NCBI GenBank assembly: GCA_016928075.1
Contig: JAFGLJ010000038.1
Location: 51,302 to 115,301 of the forward strand
Reading direction: 5' to 3'
Origin: Bacteroidales bacterium
GTDB taxonomy: Bacteria; Bacteroidota; Bacteroidia; Bacteroidales; VadinHA17
DNA: 64,000 bases
Translations under genes and position numbers: made by a program
Notes under the pieces: model-generated
Database searches by the model: none
What the model was told of the DNA's origin: nothing
Seen by the model: only the letters and a program-made list of their open reading frames with translations
Part shown: in pieces, positions 58,588 to 64,000 of the stretch
Layout of the letters: each line of letters begins with the position of its first letter
Numbering within the stretch: the stretch's first letter is position 1

Positions 58588-61500
58588 ACCTCCTCAATCC
58601 ATTTCTTTGCATTTATGAATGCCTGTATCCAGGGTGTTACCTCGTCTTTTTTTCTTTCTTCAGGGTACCAGGCACACTGCCAGGGCATAAAAGATCTTTC
58701 GAGATGGGGCATCATTACGAGGTGTCTGCCATCATGGGAGCAGACAGCAGCAGCATTATATTCCGAGCCGTTTGGATTGGCAGGGTAGGTGCTGTAATGA
58801 TATTTAACAGGTATATTGTAAATACTTTCATCATAGGGCAGGTCAAAACGGCCTTCCCCGTGTGCAACCCAGATGCCAAGTTTCATTCCTTCCATGCCAT
58901 TCAGCATAATTGAATTACTTTTACGGACATCAACGGTAAGGAAAGCTGATTCAAACTTACCTGAAGCATTATGCAATAATGAAGGTTTCAGTTCATGTTC
59001 AGGATAAATAAGGTTTAGCTCAGCCATCAGCTGGCAACCGTTGCATACACCAAGGCTCAGGGTATCATCGCGATTATAAAAATTCTCAAGTGAGATCCTG
59101 GCTTTTTCATTATACCTGAAAGCCCCTGCCCAGCCTTTCGCTGATCCCAGGACATCTGAATTTGAAAAACCACCAACAAACACAATGAAATTAACATCTT
59201 CAAGGTTTTCCCTGCCATTGATGAGGTCGGTCATATGAATATCCTTAACATCGAAGCCTGCCAGGTACAATGCATATGCCATTTCCCTGTCGCCATTAAC
59301 CCCTTTCTCCCTTATTATTGCAGCTTTAACGCCCGTGGGCTTGCGTTTCCCGTGAGCGATGCCCAGGTCCTCAAGCTTCCCGGTAAAATCATGCATATCG
59401 AATAGCACCGGGTGTTTATGGTAGTTTTCATATTTTTCAAAGGCCAGTTCCCTGCCGCATTGTTTGCGGTCAAAAAGGTATGAAGTTCTGTACCACTTAT
59501 TCCTCAATTCCTCGATCCCAAAAACATAATCTTTTCCTCCTTTAGAGATGAACAATGACCTTTTGGCCACCGGCTTTCCGATTGAATAATAAGATATACC
59601 CATATCAAGTAAAATTTCAGCAACTTCATCTTCATTTTCAACCTGGATTATTATTCCCGGGTTTTCGCTGAAAAGCAGCTTTATTAAATCATCTTCGTTA
59701 ACAGCATCAAGGTTTATACTCATCCCCCCTTCAGTGCCGGAAAAACACATTTCCAGTAGGGTTGTTATCATACCACCTGCAGAAATATCATGGCCTGCAA
59801 TAATTTTTCCATCATTAATAAGATCCTGTATGGTATTAAATACGGTCACAAAATATTCAGGATCCTTAACAGAGGGAGCATCAGTGCCTATCTTATTGCA
59901 TATCTGGGCAAAGCTGCTGCCACCCAGTCTGTATGAATCGCTGCTCATATCAATATAAAGCAGATCTGTTTCCGAATCTGCCACCATAACGGGCTCAATG
60001 ATTTTTCTCACATCTTTTACCTCGGAAGATGCTGATATTATCACAGTTCCGGGGGAATATACTATATCATCCTTATATTTCTGGGTCATTGACAGGCTAT
60101 CCTTTCCTGTTGGGATGTTTATGCCAAGGCTGATTGCAAAAACACTGGCAGCTTCTACAGCCTCATAAAGCCTTGCATCTTCACCCGGATTTTTACATGG
60201 CCACATCCAGTTGGCTGAAAGTGATATTCCTGAAATACCATCTTCGAGCGGAGCCCATATTATATTGGTAAGAGCCTCTGCTATTGACAGAACTGATCCG
60301 TGAGCAGGATTCACCAGCCCGGCCAGGGGTGCGTGTCCGAGGGACGTTGCATATCCTTTTATACCCCTGTAGTCCAGAGCAATAGCACCCAGGTTATTAA
60401 GAGGAAGTTGCAGCTCCCCTGCACATTGCTGTTTGGCTATTCGCCCGGTAACTGACCGGTCAACCTTATTGGTCAGCCAGTCTTTACAGGCAACCTCCTC
60501 AATCTGTAGCAGCTGGTTAACATAGTAATAGAGGTCATCTATATTATATTCCAATTCACTGTAGGAGGGATCGATGCTTTGATCCTTAATAATTGTCTGC
60601 GGCGGATCTCCAAAAAACGAAGTAAGCTGCAGGTCAATTGGTTTCTCTCCGGTTATGGTATTTTCGAAGGTAAACTGGTGATCACCCGTCACTTCACCGA
60701 TAATATAAATAGGAGCTCTCTCCCTTTCAGCGATAGTGATTAATGTATCCACATCTTTTTTCTTTATTACCAGCCCCATTCTTTCCTGGGACTCATTACC
60801 TATTATCTCCCTGGCTGAAAGGGTAGGATCGCCTACGGGAAGTTTGCTTATATCTATTTTACCACCCGTTGCTTCAACCAGTTCAGAAAGGCAATTTAAA
60901 TGACCTCCCGCTCCGTGATCATGCAGGGATATTATCGGGTTCTCCCCGGATTCGCTCATCGCGCGGAGGGCATTATATACCCTTTTCTGCATTTCAGGGT
61001 TAGCTCTCTGTACTGCATTAAGCTCAATGGCACTATCATAGCGGCCTGTATCAACACTGGATACCGCTCCTCCGCCCATGCCTATACGGTAATTGTCGCC
61101 ACCGAGCATTATAATAAGATCCCCTTTGCCGGGAATATCTTTTTCACTATCCTTTAATATGCCAAAGCCTATCCCTCCAGCCAGCATAATAACCTTATCA
61201 AATCCCAGTTTCCTGGAATTTTCAGTATGTTCAAATGTCAGTAGTGAACCACATATCAATGGCTGCCCGAACTTATTGCCAAAATCGCTTGCCCCGTTTG
61301 ATGCCTTTATAAGTATATCTTCAGGGCTCTGGTAGAGCCATTTCCTGGGTTCGTTTGCTGTTTCCCAGTCGCGACCGTCAGACATTCGGGGATATGAGGT
61401 CATATAAACAGCTGTGCCTGCCACGGGGAAAGCCCCCTTGCCTCCTGCAATCCTGTCACGGATTTCCCCTCCCGTACCTGTTGATGCACCGTTAAAGGGT

Positions 61501-62264
61501 TCGACAGTAGTCGGGAAGTTATGTGTTTCAGCTTTCAGGGACAGCACTGTATCAATTTCACTTACAGTGAAGAAATCAGCCTTATCCTGTGTTTCCGGGG
61601 CAAACAGCTCGGCAACCGGTCCCCGGGCAAAGGAGCAGTTGTCCCGGTATGCCGATACTATCTTGTTCCTGTTAGTCAGTGTGGTTTTTTTTATCAGGCT
61701 AAAAAGAGTTGACTCCTTCTCCTGTCCATCTATTATGAACTTTCCATTGAATATTTTATGCCGGCAGTGTTCTGAGTTTACCTGTGAAAAACCAAAGACC
61801 TCACTGTCGGTGAGTTTCCTGTTAAGCGATAAGCTCAATTCTTCAAGGTACTTTATTTCTTCATCACTCAGGGCCAATCCTTCTGATTTGTTATATGCGG
61901 CAATATCTTCTATTTCAATTACAGGCTCAGGCAAACGGTCGATATGAAAAATATCCTGGTCAGGGTCCCTGTACATATTTTGCAGCATGGGATCATATTC
62001 ACTTTCGGGGCTTTCAACTGCAAAGAACTCCTCGATTCTGGTGATACCCTTTATGCCCATATTCTGAGTTATTTCAACCGCATTTGTGCTCCAGGGGGTT
62101 ATCATTTCCTTGCGCGGGCCAATAAAGAATCCTTTAATCCGGTCGCTCTCGGTTTTGCCTTTTGCTCCCAGAAGCCAAATAAGCTTCTCAAAATCCTGTT
62201 CTGTAATATTATTCTGGCTTTCTACTGCAATGATCCTGTCGGCTACCGGGAAGAAAGAAATCAT
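58572..62264 (-). CDS. purL: Phosphoribosylformylglycinamidine synthase (large fused PurL)
   Basis: NSEHCRHKIF; KAETHN.PT; HDHGAGG; GKDSLSM; GVCNGCQ; MMPHLER. Confidence 0.97.
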   Translation of the reverse strand: MISFFPVADRIIAVESQNNITEQDFEKLIWLLGAKGKTESDRIKGFFIGPRKEMITPWSTNAVEITQNMGIKGITRIEEFFAVESPESEYDPMLQNMYRDPDQDIFHIDRLPEPVIEIEDIAAYNKSEGLALSDEEIKYLEELSLSLNRKLTDSEVFGFSQVNSEHCRHKIFNGKFIIDGQEKESTLFSLIKKTTLTNRNKIVSAYRDNCSFARGPVAELFAPETQDKADFFTVSEIDTVLSLKAETHNFPTTVEPFNGASTGTGGEIRDRIAGGKGAFPVAGTAVYMTSYPRMSDGRDWETANEPRKWLYQSPEDILIKASNGASDFGNKFGQPLICGSLLTFEHTENSRKLGFDKVIMLAGGIGFGILKDSEKDIPGKGDLIIMLGGDNYRIGMGGGAVSSVDTGRYDSAIELNAVQRANPEMQKRVYNALRAMSESGENPIISLHDHGAGGHLNCLSELVEATGGKIDISKLPVGDPTLSAREIIGNESQERMGLVIKKKDVDTLITIAERERAPIYIIGEVTGDHQFTFENTITGEKPIDLQLTSFFGDPPQTIIKDQSIDPSYSELEYNIDDLYYYVNQLLQIEEVACKDWLTNKVDRSVTGRIAKQQCAGELQLPLNNLGAIALDYRGIKGYATSLGHAPLAGLVNPAHGSVLSIAEALTNIIWAPLEDGISGISLSANWMWPCKNPGEDARLYEAVEAASVFAISLGINIPTGKDSLSMTQKYKDDIVYSPGTVIISASSEVKDVRKIIEPVMVADSETDLLYIDMSSDSYRLGGSSFAQICNKIGTDAPSVKDPEYFVTVFNTIQDLINDGKIIAGHDISAGGMITTLLEMCFSGTEGGMSINLDAVNEDDLIKLLFSENPGIIIQVENEDEVAEILLDMGISYYSIGKPVAKRSLFISKGGKDYVFGIEELRNKWYRTSYLFDRKQCGRELAFEKYENYHKHPVLFDMHDFTGKLEDLGIAHGKRKPTGVKAAIIREKGVNGDREMAYALYLAGFDVKDIHMTDLINGRENLEDVNFIVFVGGFSNSDVLGSAKGWAGAFRYNEKARISLENFYNRDDTLSLGVCNGCQLMAELNLIYPEHELKPSLLHNASGKFESAFLTVDVRKSNSIMLNGMEGMKLGIWVAHGEGRFDLPYDESIYNIPVKYHYSTYPANPNGSEYNAAAVCSHDGRHLVMMPHLERSFMPWQCAWYPEERKKDEVTPWIQAFINAKKWIEEVYTPE

Positions 62265-62345
62265 TTGATATTGTTTAAGATGTTGAGATTAAGCGCTTCA
62301 ATGTAAAGTGTGATATTTCCAAGGCACAATACAAATATAATACAA

Positions 62346-62520
62346 TATGGAATACTGGAATGATGGAAAGAATAAGTACAGGGTATCGGGAAATTTGTTA
62401 CTCGTTACTCGTTACTGGTTGCTCGTTAGTCGTTATTACAGGTACTGGGTACTGGTTCATGGGTAAGCAGTACTTCTTAATAAACTCACTCTCAACTCAC
62501 TCTCAACTCACTCTCAACTT
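62346..62520. repeat. Mixed tandem-repeat tract between dcp and purL
   Basis: (tggaatac/tggaatga), (gttactc)n, (aactcactctc)x3. Confidence 0.8.
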
Positions 62521-62523
62521 TAT

Positions 62524-64000
62524 TCAACCTTTATCAATGAATCCGCTACGATGGAGCAGGGCATCGAGAGACGGTTCTTTGCCGCGGAACTTACGGTACA
62601 GGTCCATAGGCTCTTCGGTACCTCCCTTTTCAAGTATATTGGTACGGAAAGAATCCGCGGTTTTACTGTCATAAATACCATTTTTTCTGAAAAGGCTGAA
62701 TGCGTCGGCATCAAGAACTTCAGACCATTTGTATCCATAATATCCTGCTGCATAACCACCTGAGAAAAGGTGACCGAAGGAACATGACATATTTGATCCT
62801 TCGACAGGGCGAAAAAGTTCAGTTTTGCTCAGTGCCTGTTTCTCAAAATTGTCTATATCAGTTACTGAATCTTCTTCTAATGTATGCCAGGCCATATCGA
62901 GGAAGCCAAAGCCAAGTTGCCTGTTACAGGCATATCCTTCATTAAATACCATCGATTCCTTTATCTTATCTATTAATTCAACAGGAATTTTTTCACCTGT
63001 TTTGTAGTGTCTGGCCCAGGAATCGAGCCACTCTTTTTCATAGGCCCAGTTTTCCATAAGCTGGGATGGAAGCTCAACAAAATCCCTTGACACATTTGTT
63101 CCCGACAGGCTCCTGTAGCAGCACCTGGACATCATTCCATGGAGTGCATGTCCAAATTCATGCAGGAAAGTAGTCAGCTCATTATGTGTAATCAGGGCAG
63201 GCTTGCTTGATGATGGTTTGCTGAAGTTAGTTACGATTGAAATGACAGGACGGTTATCATGATCGTACCACCGGTACTGGTCACGATAAGCAGTCATCCA
63301 CGCTCCGCTGCTTTTACCTTTCCTGGGATAATAATCAAGGTAAAGTACTGCAATATGCTCTCTCTCTCGTCCGGTTACGGTAAATGCTTTTACATCCCTG
63401 TGGTACAGAGGAAAGTCACCCCGTTGTTTAAAATTCAGTCCGTAAAGATCATTCGACAGTTTGAATATGGCTTTCTCAACCTCCGCAAGGTTGAAATAGG
63501 GTCTCAGGGTTTCATCATCAATATTGAATTTACTTTTCTTCAGCTTCTCGGAATAATATGCCCAGTCCCATCTCTCTATTTCACCTGTATGATTATTGGT
63601 TGATGCATAGTTTTTTACCTCTTCGAGATCCCTTATTGCATAGTCACGTGAGTGACTGTGCAGTTTTTCAAGGAATTCCATTACTTTGCCGGGACTGTTT
63701 AGCATCCTGTCCTGAAGAACAAATTCAGCATAATTTTTAAATCCAAGGATCTTGGATTTTTCTCTTCTTAGGCTGACTATCTTTTCCACGATTTCACGGT
63801 TATCATTTTGATCTTTACCAAAAGCCCTTGAAGAGTCTGCCCTGTACATTTTTTCCCTGAGGTGTCTTTTTGCCGAATACTGCATAAAAGGGATATAACT
63901 GGGGAAGTGTAATGTAAAGACCCATCCCTTCCTTCCGCTGTTTTTTGCTTCTTCTGATGCTGCCTCAATAATGCCATCCGGTAATCCTTCCAGGTCATTC
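62524..64000 (-). CDS. dcp: M3 family peptidyl-dipeptidase Dcp (5' truncated by window edge)
   Basis: K.SGAWM; HEFGHALH; DFVELPSQ..ENW; HLFSGGYAAGYYGYKW; the frame is open to the window end. Confidence 0.93.
   Translation of the reverse strand, partial: NDLEGLPDGIIEAASEEAKNSGRKGWVFTLHFPSYIPFMQYSAKRHLREKMYRADSSRAFGKDQNDNREIVEKIVSLRREKSKILGFKNYAEFVLQDRMLNSPGKVMEFLEKLHSHSRDYAIRDLEEVKNYASTNNHTGEIERWDWAYYSEKLKKSKFNIDDETLRPYFNLAEVEKAIFKLSNDLYGLNFKQRGDFPLYHRDVKAFTVTGREREHIAVLYLDYYPRKGKSSGAWMTAYRDQYRWYDHDNRPVISIVTNFSKPSSSKPALITHNELTTFLHEFGHALHGMMSRCCYRSLSGTNVSRDFVELPSQLMENWAYEKEWLDSWARHYKTGEKIPVELIDKIKESMVFNEGYACNRQLGFGFLDMAWHTLEEDSVTDIDNFEKQALSKTELFRPVEGSNMSCSFGHLFSGGYAAGYYGYKWSEVLDADAFSLFRKNGIYDSKTADSFRTNILEKGGTEEPMDLYRKFRGKEPSLDALLHRSGFIDKG

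Noticed and set aside
62265-62520. Purine/ZTP riboswitch upstream of purL
   Set aside because: The region is tandem repeats plus a TATATTTG promoter about 70 bp from the start; no aptamer consensus seen
63777-63998. Apparent frameshift in dcp (separate 73-aa ORF)
   Set aside because: The dcp frame is open to the window edge (NDLEGLPDG...GWVFTLHFPSYIPFMQY); the 73-aa ORF is an off-frame shadow

Overview
64 kb of chromosomal DNA from a Bacteroidota (probably Bacteroidales/Marinilabiliales-like) genome. The assignment rests on TAnnTTTG promoters, a TonB receptor with a carboxypeptidase-regulatory-like N-terminus, and many lipoproteins. It holds about 50 CDS: an MCE/Mla-type lipid ABC transporter, sigma54-preceded hsp20-degP, an Omp85/PD40 protein, several peptidases and hydrolases, mscL, plsY, rlmD, purL and a partial dcp. 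It also holds tRNA-Pro(TGG), tRNA-Ser(GCT) and two apparent pseudogenes. I saw no CRISPR array, transposase, integrase or rRNA. Main points of interest: (1) both tRNAs are followed by the same ~175-bp architecture, a foldback cassette bounded by 16-17 bp inverted repeats that ends in TAATC plus a copy of that tRNA's own T-stem; (2) a TolB-like/TPR protein, a 76-aa Cys-containing small protein and a B12-dependent radical SAM gene form a RiPP-like locus; (3) an hdrC-hdrB-short hdrA-hdrC-membrane hdrDE-like operon resembles sHdr systems; (4) intergenic short tandem repeats and GNA-mini-hairpin palindromes are dense, and one lies in-frame in a lipoprotein signal peptide. All calls come from reading the sequence; no database searches were run.
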